From positions 42,167 through 106,166 of the IMG/VR virus record IMGVR_UViG_3300033121_000983: a stretch of DNA of 64,000 nucleotides; one strand, 5' to 3'. The stretch is from a virus (lineage: Duplodnaviria; Caudoviricetes). The notes under the pieces are model-generated. The model was given only the letters and a program-made list of their open reading frames with translations. It was not told the origin of the DNA and did no database searches. The translations under genes were made by a program, and so were the position numbers. Shown here one piece after another: positions 54,626-62,795 of this stretch (positions within the stretch are counted from its first letter, which is position 1; each line of letters begins with the position of its first letter).

Positions 54626-55981
54626 TTACTGTCCTTGGCTTACGTGGTTCAGTCCGTACAGCGCTGCAAGTGCTAGCGGGCCGCGCAGACCGCCCATGCG
54701 CCGCGCGTTAATGAGCCTAGACGGGACGGCGCGGAAGGGTGTCAATTTTCCTACACCTGACGGGTGCATCGGCGCACGCAACTGGCCTCCGAGTACGCTC
54801 GGCTTCGTCGCTAACCAGTTAGCGATGTTTTCCGGTAAAATGCTACGCGCAGCCGTTGCGGCCTCGTAGCGAAGCGGCGTGTTAGCGCGGCCGGTGTAGC
54901 CGCGCGAATTGACCAGGTTCTGAATTACGCCGGGATCGATCTTTTGACCACCGACATAGCTCTTCCGGCCGGCAGCCGTGTTGTAAAGCATGCTGCGCAA
55001 CAACTGGTCGCTGCCACCACCTTCTGCGATGGCGCTCAGCGCTTTCAACGTATCGTCTCGGAGTGTCGGCGTAGCGCGCGAACCTGTCAGTACGCCTGAC
55101 AGCCGCTGGTACCACGGACGCACGGCAGCTGGCGTCTTGCCACCTTTTGTACCCGCAGCTGCTTCGATAGCAGCACGCAGCGTTTGCGGATCGTTGGTAA
55201 TCCCGGCCCTGTTGTGCAGATTGTATCGCGTGAGCAGCGCGTGTACTAAGTCAGAACCATACATGGAACCAGCTACCACGCTGCCGACCCCAGCCGCTGC
55301 GTTAGTCAAGTTGGGCTTTGCAGCAGCGTTAGTAAGAGTCTCCCACCCCGTAGTTAGCGGATCGGCAACACCGCGCTGAAAAGTGCCAAGCGCCGTGTTT
55401 TTCGCGCCCTCGGCAGCCGCATCAACGGCTAACGGCGTCAGGTACGGCGCGTTAGCCTGCTCGTTGATCTGCTGATTCAGCTGTTCCGTTTTTGCTGGCG
55501 TGCTCAGGCCGGACAGCATCCCGGGTACATGCTTGGCCAGTGCCATCCCACCGAGACCGAGCCCAGCGCCCATCATCGCGCCGGTACCGAGACTGCCGGC
55601 GAGGTCGCGCTCGTCTTCATCGGGATTGAAGCGGTTAAGCGCTGCCATCCCGAGACCGCCGATACCCGCACCACCGATACCTGCGGCCAGCCAGGGGTAT
55701 TTAGCTGCCCAGCCGCTAACCGCATTGCCGGCGTCAGTGAGATGTCCCGGAATCGCGCCAGCAAATTCACGCACCGGTTCAGGTAGTTTGCCTGCCCAGT
55801 CTTTAACGGTGTTGGTCGCGTTACCCGCCCAGTCCTTGACCGCACCGGTAGCGTTGCCGAGCATTTCTTGCACGTCGGCTTGCTTTTCGACGCCGCTCAT
55901 AGCGCGCAGACGTGCGTTGATATCCGCCAGGTGGAGGATTTCATCGAGGTTCTGCTCTGCGGATTTGTTCAACCAGTCCAT
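54626..55981 (-). CDS. Glycine-zipper protein, putative internal head/ejection protein
   Basis: KSAE and EKQAD in the N-terminal 36 aa; AAGIGGAGIGGLGMAAL and GSLGTGAMMGAGLGLGGMAL hydrophobic zippers. Confidence 0.55.
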   Translation of the reverse strand: MDWLNKSAEQNLDEILHLADINARLRAMSGVEKQADVQEMLGNATGAVKDWAGNATNTVKDWAGKLPEPVREFAGAIPGHLTDAGNAVSGWAAKYPWLAAGIGGAGIGGLGMAALNRFNPDEDERDLAGSLGTGAMMGAGLGLGGMALAKHVPGMLSGLSTPAKTEQLNQQINEQANAPYLTPLAVDAAAEGAKNTALGTFQRGVADPLTTGWETLTNAAAKPNLTNAAAGVGSVVAGSMYGSDLVHALLTRYNLHNRAGITNDPQTLRAAIEAAAGTKGGKTPAAVRPWYQRLSGVLTGSRATPTLRDDTLKALSAIAEGGGSDQLLRSMLYNTAAGRKSYVGGQKIDPGVIQNLVNSRGYTGRANTPLRYEAATAARSILPENIANWLATKPSVLGGQLRAPMHPSGVGKLTPFRAVPSRLINARRMGGLRGPLALAALYGLNHVSQGQ

Positions 55982-56020
55982 GCTTATCTCGTTTCACGCG
56001 GTAGTTGGTCGACTAGGCGA

Positions 56021-57412
56021 CTAGGCGAGCACGGAATCTGGCGCGTGCCAGAGCGCCGCTTTCCCTGGGCTGGGAGGCACCTGCCGACCTGGCGGCAGCT
56101 CGCGACGGCCCAGCGAGTTATCGAGCCCGATAATCTGTTCGATGTCGTGCGGATCGAGCTGTCCCTGCTGCGCCAACATCTTCCGCACCAACGGGCGCAT
56201 GATCGCAGGCTGCCCTGACAACCGCGGCCCGAGTGTGGAGAGCTGATTGTAGGAGTCGATCACCTGCGAAGGCTGATAGGTCTGGAATGCGTCGTCGTTG
56301 TAGAGCATGTCGTGCAGCAGCGACTCGGCGTCGATTTTGCGCATATCCGCCATGTGTTCGCCAGATTCGAACTCACTGCGCGCAGCGTTGGCGAGACTGT
56401 CTGGGCTCTTACCGATACCCAGCCCTTCCAGCGCCTGGGTAGCGGCTGCACCGCCCAGCATGCCAGGCAGCAAGCTGGCGGATTTCGTACGCAGCGAATC
56501 ATGATCGACGAGAATGTTCGGTTCCGCGTGCAGCGCGTCGTCGTACGGCGCTAACAGCGTTGCCACCGTATCGGGTAACTGCTGCTGGGCCCGGGTGTAC
56601 TCCGCCTGCTTGTCGTACCAGCGCGACAAGGCACTGATCGCACCGCTCAGCAACTGGTACTGCGGCAACTCAGCGTTGGCGGTCACCAGGTGCGTAGGTG
56701 CATGAGCGTTGGCGCGCTTCAGTCGCTGCTGCGCGGCACCGTCGACTTGCGTGGCGACGTAATCCAGCACCGGCGCGGCCATCGAACCGCACACGTCACC
56801 GCCGTAGGTGTCCAGCTCAAGAAACGCGTCGACGAAATTCGGTTGCCGCCGCACCCAGCTCGCCAGTTTGCCGAAGGCCGTGAACGCAGCGTCGCGGGTG
56901 GCGTAGACCTCCGCCTGTAGCTGATCGACACGACGCATCGCTGCTTTGCACTGCCCCAGCGCTTTCTGCACGGGCGGCTTACTGGCCGTCACGCTAGGCG
57001 CTGCCGTGCGGGGTTTGAGCGGCGGAATACCAGCGAAGGCGCGCTTTTCCCGTGCGGGCTCCGCGATACGCGGCGGGCGGCTGTAATCGGCGCTTACAGC
57101 TGTCTTGTGGTGTTGCTGCGACGGCGTTTCTGGCGCAGTGCCGAACACCTCTGTAATTGCCGCCTGTGCGTCAGCGAGATCGTGCTCCTGCAAGCGATCG
57201 ACCAGCGTGCTAGCACTCTTATGCGACGCAATTTGCTCGCCGATGTTGTAGGCCTGCGCGGTCAGGCGCATCATTTCTGACGGGAGCTGCAGCTCTCGCG
57301 CAGTTTTAACGACGGCCGCTGTCGGTGCCAGTCCTTCGTTGACGTACTGCTCGACAAGCAGCGCCGCTTTGCTCAGCGTATCCGCGGCAGATTTTGTCAT
57401 GCGTTGCGCCAT
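56021..57412 (-). CDS. Head-module protein, K-x-A rich (463 aa)
   Basis: KSAA, KAAL, KTAR, KSAS, KTAV, KRAF, KAAM, KLAS, KRAN, KQAE, KSAS. Confidence 0.7.
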   Translation of the reverse strand: MAQRMTKSAADTLSKAALLVEQYVNEGLAPTAAVVKTARELQLPSEMMRLTAQAYNIGEQIASHKSASTLVDRLQEHDLADAQAAITEVFGTAPETPSQQHHKTAVSADYSRPPRIAEPAREKRAFAGIPPLKPRTAAPSVTASKPPVQKALGQCKAAMRRVDQLQAEVYATRDAAFTAFGKLASWVRRQPNFVDAFLELDTYGGDVCGSMAAPVLDYVATQVDGAAQQRLKRANAHAPTHLVTANAELPQYQLLSGAISALSRWYDKQAEYTRAQQQLPDTVATLLAPYDDALHAEPNILVDHDSLRTKSASLLPGMLGGAAATQALEGLGIGKSPDSLANAARSEFESGEHMADMRKIDAESLLHDMLYNDDAFQTYQPSQVIDSYNQLSTLGPRLSGQPAIMRPLVRKMLAQQGQLDPHDIEQIIGLDNSLGRRELPPGRQVPPSPGKAALWHAPDSVLA

Positions 57413-57413
57413 G

Positions 57414-58424
57414 TTACTCGTCTTTCTCTACAGCCGAGACGCGTTCTTTGCGTTGTGCGGCGGGTAGTTGGTGAGCCTTAGCCGCTGCGACCAATTCCGG
57501 GAGTTCTTCGCCCGCTGCCAGTCGATCGGCCTCGATTGCTGTGAGCCCGTAAGGTGATGACCGCAATTCTCGCTCGGATTGCGGCACGTTGTCGACGTCA
57601 CTTGGTCCGATTTTCCACTGAACGGCTTCCAGCAGCCGTCCGGCCATCTCGCACAGCTCACGCATCGGCCCTGCGGTGCCACCGCTCGCCAACCGTTCGG
57701 TCTGCTGCAGCTCGAGTGACTTCAGATTCAGTTCGATCATCCGCATGACGTTTGAGGGGCGTGGTTCCATGGCGTGCGACAACAGCGCGCTGGTGCGCCG
57801 TAGCAGCGAGCGGAACGCATTATCACACCATTCACGAAGCCGGTCAGGCGTTACCGTGTCGCGCCGTTCAAAACCCGACAGCGCGTACATGAGCGCCTGC
57901 TCGCCGCCGAAATAGGCGAACACGCGGTAGCAGGCCCAACGGCGCTCGTCCGTCAGTAGTGGCGAATCACGCAAGGTTGAGCCGCCGCGCGAGTCTCCCA
58001 GTGCGGTGCGCAGGATGTAGGACATGTTATTCAGCCGGTCGCGCACGTTGTAGAACAACGCCTCGTAGGCCTCAACAGCCGGCAGGTAGAGGTTCTCGCG
58101 TACGGCAATTTCGTCAAGCGGCAACTCTGTCAACAACAGCGACTGCAGCGTGACCGTGAAGTCGTCGGCGGCATCGGCCCAAGTCTTGGCGTAGTAGATG
58201 TCGGGGTAGTTGTCGAACAACCGCTGCCGCTCGGACTGCAGTCGGTGCTTTCGCCACTGCCGGTAAAAGGTCGCGTACCGCGCCATCCACGGGTCTGTAT
58301 CACGACGTGACGTGCGTTTTGCGGTCACGCGCTCTTCAATGATTTCCGCACGCCAGTTCAGCGCTCGATAGGGATCGAACTGCTGCCGCGCGATTTTAGG
58401 ATGATGTAGTCGTGGTGCGGTCAT
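57414..58424 (-). CDS. Basic hypothetical protein, possibly DNA-binding (terminase small subunit is one possibility)
   Basis: Arg-rich; HTH-like LPLDEIAVRENLYLPAVEAY; lacks K-x-A motifs unlike its neighbours. Confidence 0.55.
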   Translation of the reverse strand: MTAPRLHHPKIARQQFDPYRALNWRAEIIEERVTAKRTSRRDTDPWMARYATFYRQWRKHRLQSERQRLFDNYPDIYYAKTWADAADDFTVTLQSLLLTELPLDEIAVRENLYLPAVEAYEALFYNVRDRLNNMSYILRTALGDSRGGSTLRDSPLLTDERRWACYRVFAYFGGEQALMYALSGFERRDTVTPDRLREWCDNAFRSLLRRTSALLSHAMEPRPSNVMRMIELNLKSLELQQTERLASGGTAGPMRELCEMAGRLLEAVQWKIGPSDVDNVPQSERELRSSPYGLTAIEADRLAAGEELPELVAAAKAHQLPAAQRKERVSAVEKDE

Positions 58425-58433
58425 AGTTCGGTC

Positions 58434-58874
58434 TTAGTAAACCCCGACGACGGTCGCGGCGACGTCGTATTCTCCGTCGGCAGTCGCGGTCAGTTCCAGC
58501 CACAGCTGTGACTTTTCGAGACGCGCGTCGCCGTTGTAAGTCTCGTCCGCGTTGCGGAAATAGCCTTCAAGCCCGTACGCGGCAAGCACGCCGTTCGACC
58601 CCGACTGCGTCGCAACGATACGATGTGCTTCCGGAGACAGCAACACCAGCGGGTCCGATGTATCATCGTCGACGCTGTCAGCGTTGATGCCGGCAGCCTC
58701 CTCGCGATCGTACACGTTTGCCGTGATCGTCACACCAGAGCGCGTATCGACCTTCGCTACAACCAACGACACCAGGCGCCCGTGGTGCTGCGTACCAAGC
58801 GCGAACAGCTGCGCGACACCGGCGGCATCGACGGTCACGCGTTTGCGCGTGACGTGAACAAGTAACTGACCCAC
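58434..58874 (-). CDS. Hypothetical beta-rich protein (146 aa)
   Basis: GGAG upstream of the GTG start. Confidence 0.7.
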   Translation of the reverse strand: MGQLLVHVTRKRVTVDAAGVAQLFALGTQHHGRLVSLVVAKVDTRSGVTITANVYDREEAAGINADSVDDDTSDPLVLLSPEAHRIVATQSGSNGVLAAYGLEGYFRNADETYNGDARLEKSQLWLELTATADGEYDVAATVVGVY

Positions 58875-58885
58875 GGTGTACTCCG

Positions 58886-61393
58886 TTAGTTATTGGAGAT
58901 TGAGCTGTTTTCGCCCTGCTGCTCGGTCGACACCGGCGACAGGTCTTTTTCTTCCAGCATCAGCAGCAGTTCGTCAAGCGCTTCGAAGTTGTTCAGCAAC
59001 CCATCTTCGAGCGCCGGCAAGTCCGAACGGCCGACACGTGCCTCGAAATCGTCGTTGTGCCAGTAGAACTTGAAGATCAGGCTGCCGAGCGTATCGACAG
59101 CACCAGCCAGCGAGCTGACGTCGTCTTCGTCGATCACGCTACGCCGCATCGTGCCCAGCATCGACTGCAGCCCGGCGGCGTCGAAGAGCTCTTTCTGTCC
59201 AGTCTGCGCGGCTTGCTGTGCGTACTGCATCAGCATCGGGTCGGGCATCGCCATCGGATCCATGTTGTACGTGTTGGGATCCGTGGTCTCCTGCGCGCTC
59301 AGTCCCGGAATCGGCTCGGCGTACGTTTCCGACTCCACCACCTGGGGGCCGCTGGGGATGTTAAGCGCCGAGCGCGGTAGCTGTTCGGGGAACGTCGGCA
59401 GGTACATGTTGCTGCCCGACTGTCCCGGCATCAGCACCGACGGCTCGACCATTGCAACCTTCTCGGCCTGGCGCAGCGAGTAACCGAGCAGATCCTGCCG
59501 GGCGCTGGAACCGTAGATGACGCGGAACTCGGCTTTCTTCCCGCGCACGCTGTGATTCGTTACCGCGGTGGCGATCATCGCCCGAGCTTCTTTCTCCGGG
59601 AACCCGTATTCTTCCACAAGCGCAAACAGCGCATCCCGCTGCGAGCGCGGTGCATCTGCGTTAAGCCGGGTTTCGCTGCCGTCGGACCAGACCCGCAGGC
59701 CTGCCGTCTTCTGCGTCAGCGCCATCTGCAACGTGGCGAGATCACCAAGCTGCAGCACGCGCGACTTGGACCGCGTGTCGCTGCAGCAGTCATCTTCGGT
59801 GTCTTCAAGCGTCAGCACCTTGGCCTCGGCCGGACAAGTCAGCACGTTTCCTGTGCTGTAGAACTTGGTTTGCCGTCGATCGGTGAACTGCACGATTTCT
59901 GGCCCGGTGTAGTACCGGCGTTCCGTGCGATCGCGCGGAATACCGGGCAGATACTCTCGAACTGCAGACGATTCGCGCAACGGCTCGTCGTTCGAGTAGT
60001 CGTGGCAGTGCACGCGATATTGCCCGTTCGACAGCACTTCGCGCACGTGGAACGGCACCGTACCTTGACCATCTTCCGTGACGACGCAGTAGACACCGCC
60101 TTCGCGTAGCTCTTTCGTCGCCGGAAGGGCTTCGAAGAACTTACGGTAGTCGTCACGCAGCGGAGACTCATCCGTGCGCACGAACGCCGATGTGGGATAG
60201 CAGTTGATCCAGCTGCGTGGCGACGACAGTCGTACAAGCGTCATCCAGGGGTGACGATCGTAGGTGTCGTACGGGTTACGGATCACCAGCATCTTTTCCA
60301 GCTCACCTTCCGACGTCAGCACGTCGTAGATGCCGGTTTCGCCAGGATTGTGCAGCGCGACATCCTGCACCGTGTTGAACGCCACCGAGTGCTCTTCGCC
60401 GGTACGCCAATCGCGCAGAAGGTAGCCGTCGCGAATCAGCCGCGCGCGTTCGTCGTCGCTGAGCTCACTCATCGTGCGCTCGTTCTCGACTTCGCGGCTG
60501 TACATGATGCGCTGCGTGCGCGGACCTTCGGCTTTCTTGACCGGCCGTGCCAGCACGGATGTGGCTTCGGCAGCCTTGTTAGTGATTTTGTGCGCCCAGT
60601 CCGACGCCAACTTCTGCAGCGCTTCCTTGCCGTAGAAAGCTGTAAAGGCCTGCTTGAGTTGCGGGTAGTTGGCGACCATCTCGGTCAGCACCTGGAAGCC
60701 GTCGAAATGCTTCGCGGCCAGCTTGATCGGCGACGCGTCACAGGCCGGCAAATCGCCGTACGCCAGGTGCGCGACGGTCTGCGGTCCTTCGGCGTTAACG
60801 AACCACTGCGACATCGGTTGCCGTGTCAGCGCGGCTTGCTTGACCACGCGATCCAGCGCCTTATTAGCCGCGCCCAGTTTGCCGAAGTTTGACGGCGGTG
60901 CCGCCAGCGGACGCCAGTTCGGCCAGCGCACGCCTTCGTGCTGTCCGTTGCCGAGGATTCCGCCGCCAGTCGGTGCAGCCCGGAAACGCAGCAACGCGTT
61001 GACGCGCTTTTCCGACAAGGCGCAGAACCGGTTTTGGTTCTTCACGTACAGCAGGTTCTGGCCCTTGATGCGGTTGTTCATGAAGAACATCGGCGCATAC
61101 AGCCACAACGGCTTGTCGTTTCCGCCCAGGCGGAAACCGAAAATGCCCACCGCCTTGGTGTTGTCTTCGTTACGGTCGATCAGCTGGAAACCGACCATAT
61201 GCGGAACCAGCGCGGGTGCGCGATCACGCAAGTAGGTAAACGCCAGTTGCGAGAATGCCTCCTCGAACTGCGTTTCCTGATCCTGGCCGGGACCGGCACC
61301 GCCGTCGGCCTGCTTCAGGCGACTTGCAAGCAGTTGAGCCTGCTTGGCCAGGCGGCGATCGCTGAACCTAACGCCGCAAACTGTGTGCGTCAT
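58886..61393 (-). CDS. Large head-module protein (835 aa), K-x-A rich
   Basis: KQAQ, KQAD, KQAA, KLAA, KQAF, KLAS, KAAE, KTAG, KVAM; globular N-domain and acidic helical C-terminus. Confidence 0.7.
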   Translation of the reverse strand: MTHTVCGVRFSDRRLAKQAQLLASRLKQADGGAGPGQDQETQFEEAFSQLAFTYLRDRAPALVPHMVGFQLIDRNEDNTKAVGIFGFRLGGNDKPLWLYAPMFFMNNRIKGQNLLYVKNQNRFCALSEKRVNALLRFRAAPTGGGILGNGQHEGVRWPNWRPLAAPPSNFGKLGAANKALDRVVKQAALTRQPMSQWFVNAEGPQTVAHLAYGDLPACDASPIKLAAKHFDGFQVLTEMVANYPQLKQAFTAFYGKEALQKLASDWAHKITNKAAEATSVLARPVKKAEGPRTQRIMYSREVENERTMSELSDDERARLIRDGYLLRDWRTGEEHSVAFNTVQDVALHNPGETGIYDVLTSEGELEKMLVIRNPYDTYDRHPWMTLVRLSSPRSWINCYPTSAFVRTDESPLRDDYRKFFEALPATKELREGGVYCVVTEDGQGTVPFHVREVLSNGQYRVHCHDYSNDEPLRESSAVREYLPGIPRDRTERRYYTGPEIVQFTDRRQTKFYSTGNVLTCPAEAKVLTLEDTEDDCCSDTRSKSRVLQLGDLATLQMALTQKTAGLRVWSDGSETRLNADAPRSQRDALFALVEEYGFPEKEARAMIATAVTNHSVRGKKAEFRVIYGSSARQDLLGYSLRQAEKVAMVEPSVLMPGQSGSNMYLPTFPEQLPRSALNIPSGPQVVESETYAEPIPGLSAQETTDPNTYNMDPMAMPDPMLMQYAQQAAQTGQKELFDAAGLQSMLGTMRRSVIDEDDVSSLAGAVDTLGSLIFKFYWHNDDFEARVGRSDLPALEDGLLNNFEALDELLLMLEEKDLSPVSTEQQGENSSISNN

Positions 61394-61405
61394 GCTGGGA
61401 CCCTG

Positions 61406-62689
61406 TTACTTACCGGAGTTACTATAGTACCGTAGTGCTTCGAGTGCATCTGGAAGCAGTGATCGCGGTGCGGGCGTTGGCGGTGTGTACTGCGGCGCTG
61501 GCTGCGTGGACACAGGAACCGGACTGATAGGCGCTTGCGGCGGTGCAACCGGCTGCACAGCGGACTGTGCTTTCGGCTTGGGCGGCGTAACCAATTTTTC
61601 TGCGGCTGCAAGCGCCTTATAGCGATCTGCCAGCTGTTTCTGCTGAGCTTCGTACTGCAGTCGCGCAGTCTCTGCTAGTCGATCACGCGTTTCAACCTGC
61701 GACTGCCCGTAAGGCGTCAATTCAGTGCGGCTGCCGGTAATCGGGCGTGCCGTACCGAGATTCGTCCGGATTGGATCGCCGTAGTCGTTAGCGCCGCGTG
61801 TAAGCCGTCCGCCCTGCAGCCGCGCCATCATCTCCGTTACCGGGCTTGTGAGTGCACTGCCCCACGATTGGTTTGGATCCAGCGCGTTGTCATACGCCAG
61901 GTCGCGCTGTCCTGGCGACATAAACGCCAGTTGGGCTGCGTTAGCCCCGAGCCCAAGCGCAGCGAGCCGTCCCGCTCCTTGGCGTGCGTTCGTTACGCCG
62001 GCAAACGGAAGCGCGGCCACGTGGCCGAGGCCTGTAGCGAGGTCGCGACCACCGGCACCGAGATGATGCAGGAAACCAGAACCCCCTGCCGCTGCGGCGG
62101 GACCTGCCGGCGGTACCGGGCCTACCGGCGGAGGCGCGGTCGCAGGGCCTGCTGGCGCTGGTTTAGCTACAGGGCCTGGTGTCGCGACAGGGTCGTCAAA
62201 ACCCGGCTGGAGCGGGCGTCGTGCGCGTGTCGGAATCTCGCCTAATTGAATAGGCGCATCAGCCGCGGCCGGCGTCGGTCCTTTAACCGGCGCACCCATA
62301 ACCTGCGCTGGCGGAACAGGACCTGGTACCGGTCGCGCCGTGTTCCGCCGGGCGGCGTCTGCCGCCACTTCTTCCGGTGTTGGTACGTACGACCTAAACC
62401 CGCCGCCAAGTTCTGAGTACTGACGGGCAGGCGCGGGCTGTGCAGGCTGCGCTGGCGGAACAGGACCTGGTACCGGTCGCGCCGGCTTCGGCCTAGCTGC
62501 AGCTGCCCAGGCGTCGATATCCACGTCAGGTGAGCGCGGCGGCACGACAGGCGCTTTTGGTGCGCGCTTAAACGTGTTCAACAACCGTCGAAACGGACCT
62601 GGTGCCGCAGTCTTCGACAGCGCTTCATCCAGCTCGACAAGGTCTGTCAAGACCGGGCCCAAGGCTGCGCGTGTGCCGAGTGAGAGCAT
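61406..62689 (-). CDS. Pro/Ala-rich putative internal head protein
   Basis: LSKTAA near the N-terminus; duplicated ARPVPGPVPPAQ (DNA repeat at about 62305-62339 and 62446-62483); hydrophobic Gly-rich central segments. Confidence 0.6.
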   Translation of the reverse strand: MLSLGTRAALGPVLTDLVELDEALSKTAAPGPFRRLLNTFKRAPKAPVVPPRSPDVDIDAWAAAARPKPARPVPGPVPPAQPAQPAPARQYSELGGGFRSYVPTPEEVAADAARRNTARPVPGPVPPAQVMGAPVKGPTPAAADAPIQLGEIPTRARRPLQPGFDDPVATPGPVAKPAPAGPATAPPPVGPVPPAGPAAAAGGSGFLHHLGAGGRDLATGLGHVAALPFAGVTNARQGAGRLAALGLGANAAQLAFMSPGQRDLAYDNALDPNQSWGSALTSPVTEMMARLQGGRLTRGANDYGDPIRTNLGTARPITGSRTELTPYGQSQVETRDRLAETARLQYEAQQKQLADRYKALAAAEKLVTPPKPKAQSAVQPVAPPQAPISPVPVSTQPAPQYTPPTPAPRSLLPDALEALRYYSNSGK

Positions 62690-62769
62690 GAGAAATTTCC
62701 ATGATCGTTGTTTGGACGAACCGAGCCGATTGTAATGGACAATTGCCGACGCGGCCAGCCGAGCGTGCG

Positions 62770-62795
62770 AGTTTCATTTAACGTCAAACGAAACT
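62770..62795. promoter_or_regulatory. 26-bp imperfect palindrome AGTTTCATTTAAC|GTCAAACGAAACT
   Basis: Core TTTAACGTCAAA (62777-62788) is the exact reverse complement of TTTGACGTTAAA. Confidence 0.6.

Noticed and set aside
58886-61393. Portal or terminase large subunit assignment
   Set aside because: No Walker A/B or RNase H-like motifs and no recognisable portal pattern; left as a head-module protein.
1030-62788. TTGACG within the palindromes as sigma-70 -35 boxes
   Set aside because: No convincing -10 hexamer in the copies checked, and four of the five exact copies point against the direction of the minus-strand operon.
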